64,000 nt of DNA from Batkoa obscura (GCA_030770535.1 JASVEC010000013.1:372001-436000); one strand, 5' to 3'. Shown: positions 12,381 to 25,574, counted from the first letter of the stretch. A program made the numbers and translations. Notes: generated from the sequence alone by a model not told the origin.

Positions 12381-13781
12381 CTAATTATAAATGTTTCTAT
12401 TTGCTTTAAGCTCTGTTTCTATAGGCAACATACTATCATCATCATCAATTTCATGGGAATGATTAAAAAGATCGGTATTATGATAATCGTTGTTAATGTC
12501 TAATGGATCAATTGGCTCAATAACAATAGGATCGATTATAATACTTGGAGGTTTTTTCTTTTTTAATTTATATTTATATAATATAAAGAATACAATTGCT
12601 GCCATTATTATAAAACCAATTATCCCGCCTATGATCCCACCTATTAATGCGCCATTATTTGACTCTTTGTCATTATCGTTAATTCCATCGTCAGTTTTAT
12701 CATCAATGTTATCTTCTTTAATTGATGAAGGTAAATAATCCACTTGTTCCCAATTACTCATATTATATAATTGGATATAGTTTGAACTTTGAACTTTACC
12801 TGGGTTTTTATCATTTATTAAATTTAAACCAAACGAATTAATTGCATAATTATTATAAGTAATAAAGCATCCAATTCGACCTATTTGAATACCTTCAAAT
12901 ATCTTCTCAAATGAAAATGGATTCATTTTTAATTTGTAAATATCTGCCATATGTGCCTTTTTTGGATCTAGCCAAAGATAATATACGTCTTGATTGAACT
13001 TGATTGTTTGAAAACCAACATATTTATCAAAAGCAACTTGATATGACTCTATTTGTTTTGTTGTCAGATCAAATGCATGCAATCTACTAAAACTAGTGTG
13101 ATAAGCAATTTCGTTGGTTGCTGGTATTTCAAAATAATACAATTTATTATTTAAAATGAATGATTGATAAATATACACATTGGCTAATGGTTTATATAAT
13201 ATCTTAACTTTCTTAGTTTGAATATCAAATTGTCTTAAATGAAGTGGAAAATATTTAGCTGAACCATATTGAAATAAAAACCCAGATATATAAAATTGAT
13301 TTTTATTGTTTTCATTCTGTAAAATATAAAGTGTTTGTGAACCTTTGGTTATCTCTTCATCTGTTAATTTGTACTCCTTGTATAAATCCTTGATAGTATA
13401 CTCATCATGCCATTTACTTTCCTTGACGTTAAAATAATTGAATGATAACCTTTTAGCACCACCGCTATCATATACACTTATTATATCATTACTATCATTT
13501 GTATAAAATAACTTCGGTGTATTCATTGTTTTTGGTACATTTATTATATTAGTTTCATTCCATTCCGCTTCATTATTAGTTAGTTTAAACCCTTTCTTTA
13601 AATTTAAGTGAAATGCCTTATCGTTGTCTTTTCCATTAATTTGTATATTTGGCATAAATATTTTACCACCTAAATAGTATAATTTATCTTCAACAACCAG
13701 ACAACCGCCTCTACTTAATCTAGGTGATATAGCACTGACTTTATAAAATGAGAAGCTAATGATTAATAATAATGGTATCAT
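12381..13781 (-). CDS. Single-pass cell-surface kelch/beta-propeller protein
   Basis: Signal peptide, GGCLVVEDKLYYLGG, acidic stalk, TM with GxxxG repeats, cytoplasmic FNHSHEI motif. Confidence 0.85.
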   Translation of the reverse strand: MIPLLLIISFSFYKVSAISPRLSRGGCLVVEDKLYYLGGKIFMPNIQINGKDNDKAFHLNLKKGFKLTNNEAEWNETNIINVPKTMNTPKLFYTNDSNDIISVYDSGGAKRLSFNYFNVKESKWHDEYTIKDLYKEYKLTDEEITKGSQTLYILQNENNKNQFYISGFLFQYGSAKYFPLHLRQFDIQTKKVKILYKPLANVYIYQSFILNNKLYYFEIPATNEIAYHTSFSRLHAFDLTTKQIESYQVAFDKYVGFQTIKFNQDVYYLWLDPKKAHMADIYKLKMNPFSFEKIFEGIQIGRIGCFITYNNYAINSFGLNLINDKNPGKVQSSNYIQLYNMSNWEQVDYLPSSIKEDNIDDKTDDGINDNDKESNNGALIGGIIGGIIGFIIMAAIVFFILYKYKLKKKKPPSIIIDPIVIEPIDPLDINNDYHNTDLFNHSHEIDDDDSMLPIETELKANRNIYN

Positions 13782-15069
13782 TTTTATAATAAAATTGTTG
13801 GATTTTATCCGTTATTTATACTTTATTTTTATGAATAAAACTCTATTAAAAAGATTGGAATAGCTTATTTCTGAATTCCCATATTAAGATGTCAAATTTA
13901 TTAAATTATGGTATATTTCTATTCATAGTCATTACAAAGGAGCTTACCATACTTTTATAAGTATCAATCCTTTCATCTGTGACTCTTAACCACTTTAATG
14001 TAATCTTTACAATTTACTTATAGAGATAGACTGATTGAAACTAACTGCTTTTCAAGTGTTATAAAAATACAAAATAAACAATGTAAATGAAGATATAATT
14101 AGCTTTCTATCGGGAGTTGTACACCAAAGACTCCAGGTTAGTATTTCAAAATATCTTTGAAAATAAATTTGAATTCTCACGGCTATAACTTTAACGTGAT
14201 TTATATGATAAATTTTTACCAAGAATGGGCAAGAAGTTTAAAACAACAATAGGTAGTTTAGTGCTAATACTTTTTTTAGTATGGCTAGCTAATATGTATA
14301 GTCTAGTATATAATGTTTTATATAGGCATTGACCATTTTCATTCAAACAAATTTTATTGTTTTTAACAGCTTATCGTAAAAAAATAATTAGAATGGTAAA
14401 AAAATCAATATATAATTTATAAAAACTTAAGCACTTTTACAAGTGATAATAAATTTTATAAAGCTTTTTTAAATTCATAATTTTTTATACTATATTCAAA
14501 TTATAAGTTATTAAATTTCTTGGAGAATATTTTGTAAACAATAACAAGTTATACTTTTAATTTCACTGTTGAGAAAATTATTGTTTAGCTTGAAGCAAAT
14601 AGCTTTTAAAAATTATAAGCTAGTCTTTAAATTTCTATCTGTTAAAACACCATTTTAAAGGTATACATAGCATATAATATTAATTGTAGAGCTTTATATA
14701 TTAGGATAGCTTAGCTTACCTTTATTTAACTATTATATATTTTAGTTTAATAATATCAATAATTTCGATAATTTTAGTTTGTGAATTTTACTTGAATTTA
14801 ATTGATTGGTGTAGAATTGAACAAATTTCGATCATTGTATAAAAAAATTCCTGGATAAAAATTAAAATTCAGGCAAGTCAAGGTTTATTGACATAATTTA
14901 TGTAAGCTTAGGTCAAATTTAAATGAATTGGCTTAGTGACAGTTTTTAGATTGATATCAAAATGGGTTCTATAAAGTGCTATTTAACTTATTGAGCAAAG
15001 TGAATAATATTTAACCTAGAAGTTGTAAACTATACCTAAAATAACAAATGATATAAGCTAGAATAAGTC

Positions 15070-15528
15070 TTAAGCATCATTAATACTTTGGTAACTAGGA
15101 TTGGGTATCCCACGGGTGACAGAAACAGAGGCTTCATCAACTGGAGGTGGTGATGTGATAAGGTAAGGTGAAGTTTCACTTTTGAAGTAAAATGAGGACC
15201 CAAAAGTGAATGTTCCAAAAAGACTAATTAAAATGGTACTTAGAATACCATACCAAGTATCTGAAAAACCTAGCAAAGCACAAATAAAATACGTTAAAGC
15301 CCTGCCAAAAGGATACATAAAAAAGCGGAAATGCTTCACATAAAATCCTTGCATAGGCGGAATTTCTGAAAAAATAATAAAATTTGCAAATACATATCTT
15401 ATTGCATCCAACACTATTAACCTCTCTGTTAATGGATGTCTCCCGTCATGATCAAAAACATTATACCCCAATATCCCCGCTGCAAGTACATTAATACATG
15501 AATTGAAAATCCTTAACTTGTTGGGCAT
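15070..15528 (-). CDS. Tvp15/COPI-associated-like small Golgi membrane protein
   Basis: 152 aa, 3-4 TM, motif FRFFMYPFGRALTYFI typical of the COPI_assoc family. Confidence 0.65.
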   Translation of the reverse strand: MPNKLRIFNSCINVLAAGILGYNVFDHDGRHPLTERLIVLDAIRYVFANFIIFSEIPPMQGFYVKHFRFFMYPFGRALTYFICALLGFSDTWYGILSTILISLFGTFTFGSSFYFKSETSPYLITSPPPVDEASVSVTRGIPNPSYQSINDA

Positions 15529-15998
15529 TATAGTTAATTAGATACTTTTTAAATTGACTATATTGGATATAAAAATTACAATTGAAGTTTGAAAACAAAT
15601 TTCTCCTAAATTTACCTGATGGTATATAAATAGAGTTGAAATCCTATAAAATAATTGTACAAATTTAGTTATTTCGGAACACTATTTAAACTATGATATT
15701 GAATAAGAGTTGCTTAAAAAACTACTTACTTATTTTTGTTTAAATTTAATTACTATTTACCTTTATTCTGTGTTGATTTACACTACTCGTTAAAAGCTTT
15801 GTATCTTAAACTTTTGTTGAAATTGTGACTATCAAATTAAAAAATATTTTTGGTTTAGTTTTTATGCATTTATGGTTTTTAAAATTTGCAAATATAAAAT
15901 TCGCAATATTCATAACTTTTGACCAATAATAACTAATTATTAGAGTAACTTACAACATTGGGACAGACATCAAATATAGATGTACAAGTTTATTATAT

Positions 15999-16096
15999 GG
16001 GGGTGTTTTTTTGGCTTCATTATTTTTTCCATTTTTTAAGCGCTATTTGAGCGGAAAGATTGTTAGTAAAATTCTTAAACAAAAAAATATATCCCC
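15999..16096 (+). mobile_element. ~98-bp MITE (family A)
   Basis: GGGGG...CCCC termini, ATAT both sides. Confidence 0.9.
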
Positions 16097-16755
16097 ATAT
16101 AGATCCCTTTTAGAAAAATATTTAATGTGTACAAATTACACCTTATTTTATCTAAATGGTTAACGATGCTATTTAATGAAATTTTTTTAATAGACTATAA
16201 CATATATAGCTTCAATGTGATAGTAACTTAGCTCTAATTAATCCTTTTGTTTGTACCTTTAATAATTTAAACAGTCAATATTGCTGCTTAACTATTAAAT
16301 TAGAACAATACTATGTATATTTATTTAAAAATCCAAATCTTTTGATCCTTGTGTTTATTCAGTTAATTTTTCTATTAAATAGTTTCATTAATCTGAACTC
16401 AATAAGTTTATTTAGCCTGAAAATATAGAAATGTGTTTATAGTAAATTTACCGTTAATATTATCCAAAGATTTTATTCCTTCCAGAAGAATCTAGGCAAT
16501 TTGTGGAAGTTTTACTAATCCCACTTTTATCCTCCTAAAAAAATATCAATATACATATACCCTTTCCTCACAACTACTGAAAATCGGTTTGAAGGTTGAT
16601 CAGAGCAACTTATAAAAATTTACCACAACTCTTTAAAGCAGGAAATAAATGGGCTCATAATATATTCTACAAAAAAGTCTAGTCTGATGGATAAACCCCC
16701 TACGTTGACTGATGTGTGTTTTTTTTCTTTTTTATAATGGTATACAAAGTATTTG

Positions 16756-17027
16756 GGTAAAGGTAATGACCAGGTAGGTGTATGGCTTTTAAGTGCAAAT
16801 AAATTTCCAATTTTAGGTAAAGTTTAATTTCAATCAAAAAACTGCTAATTGAATTAAAAAAATACTTACTATTAAAAGTTAATAAGGTTAGTTCAGCGTT
16901 AGGTTAGGGCTATTTTAGAGTTGGAGATGTAGATTTTTATTTTATTAAGTTTTACTAGCAATCCATTTCACAAGAATTTATACTCTTTCGAAAAAAATAT
17001 GTTCCTACCTGGTCGCCACCCTTTACT
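16756..17027. mobile_element. ~270-bp MITE (family B)
   Basis: Imperfect TIRs GGTAAAGG..GACCAGGTAGG / CCTACCTGGTC..CCTTTAC; internal TTAGGTTAGGG; similar to 21456-21716 and 51432-51679. Confidence 0.65.
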
Positions 17028-17414
17028 GTTCAAGCATTAATGTTAAATTTGTCTTAAAATCATCAATCAAAATCATACTTTAATAAAATAGTATACACCC
17101 GCTATCTGACCAAGTCCCTCGAAAATAATACCTTGTTGTTTCTGGCCAGATCTTTTCTAAAAAAAATTTCCAGTTTTTTTAATTATCAGCCTTTGCTCTT
17201 CAGTTTATGGAAAATTTATTGTCCCTATATCAAAATTTCCTTTGCTAAAGAACCAAAAAACCACAACTAATCTATAAACTGTTCCCAATGTGTATCAAAG
17301 TACTTAAATTTATTAGTATTGAGATAGTTTATTTTAGTCTCAGATCTAAACTAAAGTGATGTAAAATTTAAAAGGGTTAAAAAAGCAAAAAAAAAGAACA
17401 TATATATCATCGTA

Positions 17415-18697
17415 TTTATTTCTAAGTAATATTTCTCTAGTAGTTGTCTAAGGTCTAGTTTAATGTTTAAGGCCAGTGACCACGAGTTTCAAAGCCATAG
17501 GATTTGTTAGCAGCTGGTTGATTATTTACTGGAACTGAAGTGATTGCAGACAAGATGTAAACAGTGTAAGCGATGAGTAAAGTAACTTGCATTTCGTTTA
17601 TAAGTAATTTGTATCTAAGGTAGTTTAAGTCAATTGAATGATAAAGCACCACTATTTATACTCCTTGATTATAATACATACTTGTATATAAATGTTGATT
17701 TGGTTTTTACAATGGATACCTCAAGTTAAGCTCAATGGTTAGCCTCATTTGTAACCTAATTTACATTGACAACACATGGTAGGTATAGCACATTGTCGTT
17801 GATTAAATAATATTTGAAATATATTAATAATATAGCACTTTTATTATCCATCCTTTATTTGAACTTTTTACGATTATATTCTCCATAGACCTAAATAGAA
17901 GAACTCTATTCTATAAATTATTATACACACCTTTTAAAAAATACTTAAAATTTTAGAGTCTGTTTACTTTTATAAACATTATATCATATACCTTTTAACT
18001 AATAAATTAAAATAACCATTACGTTGGGTACTTTTATTTATAACTTACCATTATATTGTTATGATAAAACAATCATACAATTAATTAAATAGCTTTTTGC
18101 CTTGTTGCTGTCGTTATGAAGTATACAACATTTAACTGTTTATTAGCTATTATTATTATGATATTATTTTTATTTTCGACTTTATTCAAATATTTATATA
18201 ATATAAATAAATGAACATTTTAGATAACATCACAATAAATGTGAAAAGATCTTTAACACATATTCATAAGTAGACTAAAAATGAGCAAATTAAATTAAAG
18301 TGCAGTCTAGTAATAAATAAATCAGGGATACTATTATATTGAATCCCTTTAAAATTTAACTCATTTTGGGATTTACCTTTTGTGAGTAAACTTGTCAAGT
18401 AAATTTACTAAATTAAATGTTATCCAAAAAAAACTTGAATTATATATTAGTTATTTTCATAAAAAGGTTCTCCAATATAAAAACTAGATAGCCTATACCT
18501 TTGAAATTAAAATTGTGGAGTATGAACTTAGTTAATGTAACAGCAGATGATACCCCAGTAGCATGGTAGCAATGGTAAATAACGTTTAGTAATACTTTTT
18601 AAGTAGTTTTTTTTATTAAATATATATTTATGTAATAATTAATTTAACAAGATATGAATTAACCAAGTATAGCATCATATTGAATGAAATAAAAATG
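17415..18697 (-). repeat. 1283-bp apparently identical inverted duplicate of 25575-26857
   Basis: End points give the same length and the inspected interior matches; contains the peptide gene plus ~1.1 kb upstream. Confidence 0.9.
17467..17592 (-). CDS. Secreted HWP-peptide precursor copy 1 (MQVTLLIAYTVYILSAITSVPVNNQPAANKSYGFETRGHWP)
   Basis: 41-aa ORF; TATAAATA ~70 bp upstream; AATAAA ~45 bp downstream; one of seven equal-length paralogs. Confidence 0.85.
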   Translation of the reverse strand: MQVTLLIAYTVYILSAITSVPVNNQPAANKSYGFETRGHWP

Positions 18698-18969
18698 GGT
18701 GCTATAGAGTATCTTTATTTTAGACCTTCGCTAATATGAAAATCCTATTATATTTAAACTCTCTATAAATAGTTTTAACTTATAATTAAAGATGGATTCG
18801 GCCTAGTCCTATTAAAGTCAAGTCTATGATTAATGCTCCCCAGTTGTTCGTCGATCTATTCCGTTAATACAATTAATGAACCACGAGTTGAAGTTCAAGT
18901 CTAATTATAACCCAAATGTAACAGAGTGGTAATTTTATTAAATTCGAGTTTGTATGGTAGAAGAGAGCA

Positions 18970-19780
18970 ATAAATCAAATAAATTGTGCCTTTTCAAATA
19001 TTTTGAACGTTTTTTTTCTTTTGGGTATCGGTTCCAAATATTTTGTTGAATAAGAAAAATCTTAAATTTCTAAACCAATGGACTTGAAGGGCTGAATCAT
19101 TTATGGCAGCCTGTTTAGGAGTTCAACGATATAGTCCAGCTCATTCTTATCCTTGGTTGATATAAGAAGGTAAAATAACAATCACTTCATTTTAGTTTAT
19201 GGGGAGCATCTCAATGAATGAGAAGAGGGTTGTAATTATAAGGGAGTGATGGGATTGTCGGTACATTAAGTGAGTTAAAGTGAAACTTTTATGTAAAGCC
19301 CATAGTCCTGTAGAATAGATAAAGGCTCTTACCAAAAAGCCAACTTAAAAGGTGAGAAGATTGAGAAAAAGCTAGATAAGTGGTGGGAGGAATGGGATAA
19401 GTCAAATGTAGATAGTAAGTGGGATAATAAATGTAACACAAGGATTCATTAGGGAAACTCATGAAAAGGTGAAATTTATTAGGAAATAATGGTAGCAGTT
19501 AATTGAGACGGACTCAAATTCGGCAATGATATTTAAAAGAATAAATTTTATGTATGCATCTCCCCAGGGTTTATAATAAACATGTATCTGAGGTTTTTAG
19601 CTGAGAAAGGTTAAAAAGGTAAATCGACAAAAAGAGCTTAGATAAAGATAAGTCTATATTTTTTATTAGAAATGTAAATACAATCTTATTGAAAGTATCG
19701 GATGGGGAGGATGATTTGAGCTTTTTAATCAAATTAAGGTGGTTTTTGAGGCTCTAATCGAATAGGCTTAACAATTTATA
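18970..19780 (-). mobile_element. Possible degenerate non-LTR retrotransposon (RT region) remnant
   Basis: Locally higher GC and broken RT-like peptide fragments (e.g. IIAEFESVS); no ORF; boundaries approximate. Confidence 0.3.
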
Positions 19781-19953
19781 TAAAGTACACTAAATTATTT
19801 TTATCATACGTTTTGAGATTTATACTAGAGTTCATCCTTATTTCAAACTAAGGTTTGAGTTGGATAGTTACAGAACTATTAATTATGAACTTTCAAACTA
19901 ATCGTGTTAAATTTTATAGTTAACTAAATAATAAACTAAAAAATTTGATATAT

Positions 19954-20049
19954 AGGGACGTATTTTTTTGTTAAAGAATTCTACTGGTAGCTTTTCCACT
20001 CAAATAGCGCTTAAAAAATGGAAAAGTAATGAAATAAAAAAACACCCTC
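19954..20049 (-). mobile_element. ~96-bp MITE (family A), ~150 bp upstream of the GPCR
   Basis: Similar to other copies; ATAT both sides. Confidence 0.8.
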
Positions 20050-20202
20050 ATATCATGTTCCATAATAAATTATATTAATTAATTTGAAAAATCAAATAGA
20101 ACATAAAATATAAATTAATCAACTAAATAAACCAAAGTCATGAAATATAAAGTATAAAAAAATAAACAATTTGCTTTTAACTTTTAACTTTTAACTTTAA
20201 AG

Positions 20203-21096
20203 ATGTATATCTCTTCTGAATTTAATAGAAATTTAATTAATTTTTTTTCTAATTCAATATCATTAATTTTCATTCTATTCTGTTTTTTTTTATTTACAAT
20301 TATATCATATTGTAACAAAGAGATCAACCATTCGATTACTTACAGATTGTCATTATGTATACTATTAAGTGACTTAATCTATAACTTAAGGTTAATATCT
20401 GAGAAGGTACTTTATGAATATGGATCGCCATCAGCTTGTTATTTAAATTTATGGATAATTTCATTTGGTATTTCAAGCTCAATGTTATACTCAATAGCGA
20501 TAGCAGCGCTCTATTTAATCAATATAAAATATCAATACAGAATCACAAAGTTAATCCAACGCTTGATTCTTATAACACCAGCATTGATATCGTTGGCAAT
20601 AAGTCTATCACCTATTGTATTTAATAAAATTGATGCTACAGAAGAAAGTTGTAAATACAGAACTAAAGAGGGGGGAGGGTATTGGTCAATAGTATGTAAT
20701 TTTTCAACAGTATTTGTAGGGATAACAGTAATACCAATTATATATATAATATTAATTTGTCATCTAATAAAGAAGAAAAGGGAGCTAAATAAAACAAATA
20801 GCAAATTAAATAGAAGTGGACTGGATATTAGCTATTACACTCTTTCTAGATTAGTTTTATACCCATTAATACCAATCGCTACTCATAGCGTTACTATCTA
20901 TATATCAATTGGTGCCCTTTTGGGGATCTCAATCGATGCTTACTCTGGGAATATTTTAGTCTTAATTTTAACTTTCTTTTCTGGTATACAAGGATTTATA
21001 AACTCAATTTTATATCTTACTAACTCAATTTTCTTAAAAGAGATAAACGTTCTTGTTGATAAGCTATTTGGATCTGAATATTATAAATCATTATAA
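20203..21096 (+). CDS. cAMP-receptor-like/Git3-type 7TM GPCR, paralog 1
   Basis: 7 TM; ITYRLS..ILLSDL, TM3 Cys, RLVLYPLIP, SGIQGFINSILYLTN. Confidence 0.8.
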   Translation: MYISSEFNRNLINFFSNSISLIFILFCFFLFTIISYCNKEINHSITYRLSLCILLSDLIYNLRLISEKVLYEYGSPSACYLNLWIISFGISSSMLYSIAIAALYLINIKYQYRITKLIQRLILITPALISLAISLSPIVFNKIDATEESCKYRTKEGGGYWSIVCNFSTVFVGITVIPIIYIILICHLIKKKRELNKTNSKLNRSGLDISYYTLSRLVLYPLIPIATHSVTIYISIGALLGISIDAYSGNILVLILTFFSGIQGFINSILYLTNSIFLKEINVLVDKLFGSEYYKSL

Positions 21097-21356
21097 TTAG
21101 TATAATTTTTTTAATTGATAATAGATTCGATTCTCACCCAAAAAGTATAATGTTCCTATTTAATAGATTAGGATCCTAAGATCAACTTCATATGATATAG
21201 CCAATCTCGTACAAACGTTTCAATTCTAATATTTTATCTATAACTCTTTTTGTATTTCTTCTTTAAATAAAGTACTAAAAATTATTTATTGTTTATACAA
21301 ATCATGAATCTGAACTTAGCAAGAGGTTTTTAAATCATGTACACGATTTATTATTT

Positions 21357-22290
21357 TAAACTTTTATCATTTATCCTGACAACTTCACTTTAAATTGACA
21401 ATCTTTGTGTAGCGAATTTCATAAACAAGTAAAATGTGATTTTTTTCGTTGAGATGGTAGGGGTTACTGATTGATTAGGTGGATTTTTTTCACTGTAAAT
21501 AAAATTCCTATCTTAAAGTTTTACTTTAATTAAAAAAGTAGTTATTTGAATTAAAAAACAACTATTAAAGATATTTAATAAGGTTAGGTTTGGGAGATTA
21601 TGGTTATGATTGGTGTTAGTGTTTATATTTAGTTAAATACAATCAGTGATTTCTTTGGTAAAAATTAATACTTTACTAAAAAAATTATTACCTACCTAGC
21701 CAGAGTACCCCCTACCTTTTTTCTGTGATTTGTGCCATGTCTTCTTTATACCAAAATCATGCATAAAGACAATATCTAAGACTATGGAGCCTGTTAGAGC
21801 TGCCGATGTCATTTCTATAACCCCAGACCACTTTTCTGATTATAATATCGATATCAATGTATTTTTACTTTAGCCACTGGCTCAGGTTCAAGTAAAGAAT
21901 TAAATGCTTATTTAGGTCCTGTTAGCAATAAATTTGCAAGATTTATTTTTACAGTATGTCAAGGAAGTAAATATTTAACAGCAGCTAGTTTATCTGATAG
22001 TAAAAAAAGCTACCATTAATAAAGGCCTTTTTAGTATTAGGACTGATAAATACCCAAATGTTCAATGATAATGTCAAGCTAAATTAACTTATGATAGCAA
22101 GCTTGTAACTTCTTCTGGTGCTGCTGTTGGGTTAGATAGAGTTTTCTGTTTAATTAATGAAGTTTATAATCTATATGCATCTACAAAAATTTCTAAAAGA
22201 TCAATAGAGTTGAGTACCAAGCCCAAATATATTGATAATTTTACTGAGATAGAAAAGAATTTCCATTTTTTAAGCTCTAGTGTTATTTGA
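21357..22290 (+). pseudogene. DJ-1/PfpI pseudogene (paralog of 43716-44435)
   Basis: Recognisable FIPKS..IKTI, ITPDHF, TVCQGS, YPNVQ*, TSSGA with stops and frameshifts; family-B MITE inserted; 5' boundary approximate. Confidence 0.8.
21456..21716. mobile_element. ~260-bp MITE (family B)
   Basis: TIR GGTAGGGG..TACT / AGTACCCCCTACC; internal AAGGTTAGGTT. Confidence 0.75.
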
Positions 22291-22542
22291 CAATAAGCAC
22301 TAAACTTTGTAATATTTTTTTATAAATTATTTATACTATATATCTATTAAAATTTCTTTAATAAAGCTTCGATATGGGGGTGTCCAAATTGGTTTCAGAA
22401 TTTAACTAGAAATTAATCCAAATTTTAAGTTTTTAAATTTGTAAGTCTTTAATGTATGATCAGCTAAATTTAAAAAGCCTAAAATTAAATATAAAAATTT
22501 AGCTTAAAAGACTTATTTATTTTATTTTTTTAATTATATGTT

Positions 22543-22899
22543 TGTGAAAGTTGGTACTCAGTGATTGAAGTTAAAAGCAGTCCTAGCTTAATTAACTGGC
22601 CGTAAGTCAAAAGGCCTTAGTTTATGTAACTAAGATAGACTTAAATTAATAGGAATAGTGCGCAATAAGCTACGAACTATATAAAATAAATAGAATAGAA
22701 GGTACTACTATAAAATCTACGTAAAATACTATAAGACTTAGTGGCTTTATTAAAAGTATAATATTAGGGAACAATTTAATTAAAAAGCCTCGAGCTATTA
22801 TGTTGAAGAATTCCTTTTATACTCCAACTAGTTTTGTAAACAAGTTAAGTGATTATTATACGATAAGCAATCATGGAGCTGATAAAACGATATTTCACA
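22543..22899 (+). mobile_element. Solo-LTR-like insert within the transposon 5' region
   Basis: TGTGAAA...TTTCACA termini; homologous to the free copies at 30553-31011 and 59629-60096; flanks ATGTT/GTGTT. Confidence 0.65.
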
Positions 22900-22992
22900 G
22901 TGTTTTGTATTTTTTTTATTAAATGTTTAATAGATATATAAGATGTAAATATATAATTATTTGACTTTGTTTTTTATTAAAATAAAAGCAAA

Positions 22993-24699
22993 ATGCAAGC
23001 TTTTATAACTAAACTTCGAAATGGAATTTCTAAAAACTTTAATATGGTAGGGAGAAGCACATTGTATAAACATTGTAATTCATTTACATCAATTTTAGCA
23101 ACTATTCACAATAACCCAGAGTTTATGGAATTTTATAATAAAACAAAAAAAAGAAAAGAAAAGTTATTAAATTTTACTATTAATAATAACAAACTTAATC
23201 AAGCAATGTATAAAATTAGTGCTTTAAAGGAAACAGGAAATAAAAACCAATGGGTAGTATTATTATCGATTATAGCTTCAATATATTCTTTTGATGAATG
23301 TAAAAGTTTTGGATTTAATAGAAATAGAAATCAATATGATTATTCAAAAATAATTAATAATAATAATAAAACACCAACATTACAACCTATTATTAAAAAT
23401 ACAAAAAAAATTAGAGATGAGCAAATTGAGATTATTATACAATATTTACTTGATAATTCAACTATTTCACCAAGATTTAGTAAAAAAAATAATGATAAAT
23501 ATTTGTCAGAGAATATATATATATTAAATAAAAGTAGAAGAATGATATACAGTAAATATTTTAATGATTTAAAAGATAAAGCAGTAGCTAGGTCAACATT
23601 TTTCAAATATATACTAAATAATTTTAAAAATCCAGCAAGAAAAACAGATTTATGTAATATATGTGCCCAGTATACAGTTAGAAAAAAGTTATTTGAAAAT
23701 AAAATAAATATGGCAACAAAAAATAAAGCAGAGATAGAAGAATCTTTTAATAAAGAAAAAAGGTTATATAAATTACATGAATTTTGTGTTGATACTCAAA
23801 AAAACATACTTAATGAAACTATCAAAAAATTAAATAATAGAAGTTGTATAATAATTTTAGACTTTAAACAAAATATGGAAATAGGAACAAGACCAGATCC
23901 AATAAACTTAGACCATTATAACAAACAAGCTATATCAGTATTAGGATTTGGCGTTTTGTATTTAAAAAACGATAAAACAATAGGCAAAATTTATTTTGAT
24001 TATTTATCTGAAATACTAAATCATGATTCAGCATATGCAGGGGATTGTTTAATTGATTTAATATCTAAAGAGCCTTTACTCAAAAAGTTTACAAAAATTA
24101 ATATATGGGCAGATATAGGATATCATTTTAAATCTCAAGAGTTTTTATATTATACATTTGAAGAAATTTATAAAATAAATAGTAGTTTAAATATTGATCT
24201 TAATTTTTTTGCCGAGCATCATGGAAAAAGTATAATTGATGGTCATTTTGGAAATCTTTCACAGTGGAAAAATAATCTTGAAGCATTAAGTAAAATAGAA
24301 GATATTGATCAATTAATTTCAAAATTTGTGATTTTTATTCGTAAACATAATATAATTAATAACTCAACTGTCAATAATGGGAAAACAGATATAATTTTTA
24401 AAAAGTATGAAAGAAACAAAGATACAAAAATAATAATAAAAATACAAGGCATTAGAAAGTATTTACATTTTATTAAACGTGATAATAAACTACACTGTTA
24501 TCCAGTATCTGATAGATCAAAAAAAAGTGATATAATTCCAATTAAAGTTATAGAGTCTATAGAGAATAGAAAAATTAAAAGATCAACTCCAGCTTATCTT
24601 ACAAAAATAACAGAAAATTTAAAAGTTTCAATATTTAGTAGGCAAGTAAGTAGCTTACTAAACGATAGAAATCAATTATTAAATGTTGATATTACTTAA
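22993..24699 (+). CDS. Transposase (Sola-like)
   Basis: CxxC (DLCNIC), candidate catalytic acidic residues ILDFKQN, WADIG, HHGKSIIDGHFG; lies between TIRs. Confidence 0.85.
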   Translation: MQAFITKLRNGISKNFNMVGRSTLYKHCNSFTSILATIHNNPEFMEFYNKTKKRKEKLLNFTINNNKLNQAMYKISALKETGNKNQWVVLLSIIASIYSFDECKSFGFNRNRNQYDYSKIINNNNKTPTLQPIIKNTKKIRDEQIEIIIQYLLDNSTISPRFSKKNNDKYLSENIYILNKSRRMIYSKYFNDLKDKAVARSTFFKYILNNFKNPARKTDLCNICAQYTVRKKLFENKINMATKNKAEIEESFNKEKRLYKLHEFCVDTQKNILNETIKKLNNRSCIIILDFKQNMEIGTRPDPINLDHYNKQAISVLGFGVLYLKNDKTIGKIYFDYLSEILNHDSAYAGDCLIDLISKEPLLKKFTKINIWADIGYHFKSQEFLYYTFEEIYKINSSLNIDLNFFAEHHGKSIIDGHFGNLSQWKNNLEALSKIEDIDQLISKFVIFIRKHNIINNSTVNNGKTDIIFKKYERNKDTKIIIKIQGIRKYLHFIKRDNKLHCYPVSDRSKKSDIIPIKVIESIENRKIKRSTPAYLTKITENLKVSIFSRQVSSLLNDRNQLLNVDIT

Positions 24700-25574
24700 A
24701 TTATTGATAGCTAAGTTAATAAATAGTCAAAGAACAAGTAGCTGTAATAATAAATAAAAACTATTACTACATTGCTTACATTATATGAAGATGGCTAATT
24801 ATAGTTTAGGGTTGATTACTCCCTTTTATGCAGCTATTTATTAACTTGGCGATATATTAACAATATAATCATAACATTAAAATTAAAATTATTTATTTGT
24901 TTAATAGCAAATTTCCAATATTGGTTATAAAACAGTTAATAATAAATATTTCTCAATGAAGTTTTATCAAAGTATCTATTTATTTACATAATACAACTTT
25001 GGTTAATATCAATATATAAGTTATATTATTAAAAGCCTTATTAATCCGGGGATTTCTATTAAATTTAGTAAAAATTCTGCTAACTTATAATATAAACTAT
25101 AATAAAATAATTTAAAACTGTGTTAGATACCTTTGGTTTTTAATAAATAATTTATTTTTATAAAATTTTAAGCAAAGCCTTTAAAATATAAAATATTTAA
25201 AAATTGGATAAAAAAATGAAACCAATTCAGATATCCCCATATACTTACTAAGATTTCCTAAAGTGACTTCCAATGTTAAAAGACAAATTTTATCAGATTC
25301 ATTAGTATTTGTCTCTCTATAAGCATAGCTTTATCAAATAAGTTGTTGCTGCATCCAGGCTGATATTAAGCCATGTACTTTACCACGTGGTTCATTAATT
25401 GTATTAATAGAATAAAGTGGTAAAGGATTAAGTGGTATTAATCACAGAGTTAACTTGGATAGGACTAGGCCGAATACACTTTCAAATATAAGTTAAAATT
25501 ATTTATAATGGGGCTAAAGTATGATAAAAGTTTTATATTGGGGAAATTATAAGATAAATATATTCCATACTGTT

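Larger units (their letters stand above)
22376..25238 (+). mobile_element. Full-length Sola-like DDD DNA transposon, copy 1 (2863 bp)
   Basis: ~22-bp TIRs GGGGGTGTCC(A)AATTGGTTTCA (right one degenerate), ATAT on both flanks, single transposase ORF. Confidence 0.85.

Noticed and set aside
12490..12738. Overlapping or antisense short ORFs (also 15036, 20436, 34665, 35317, 39668, 44221, 61855) and isolated 44934
   Set aside because: Shadows of real genes or pseudogenes, or no supporting motif
17467..17592. Similarity of HWP peptides to alpha-factor (WHW), GnRH (QHW) or plant CEP/CLE peptides
   Set aside because: Only 2-3 residue matches; no defensible homology
23340..23606. Antisense ORFs within transposases (also 30316-30504, 32761-33024, 57695-57958)
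   Set aside because: Shadow frames of AT-rich coding sequence; recurrence only reflects element copies
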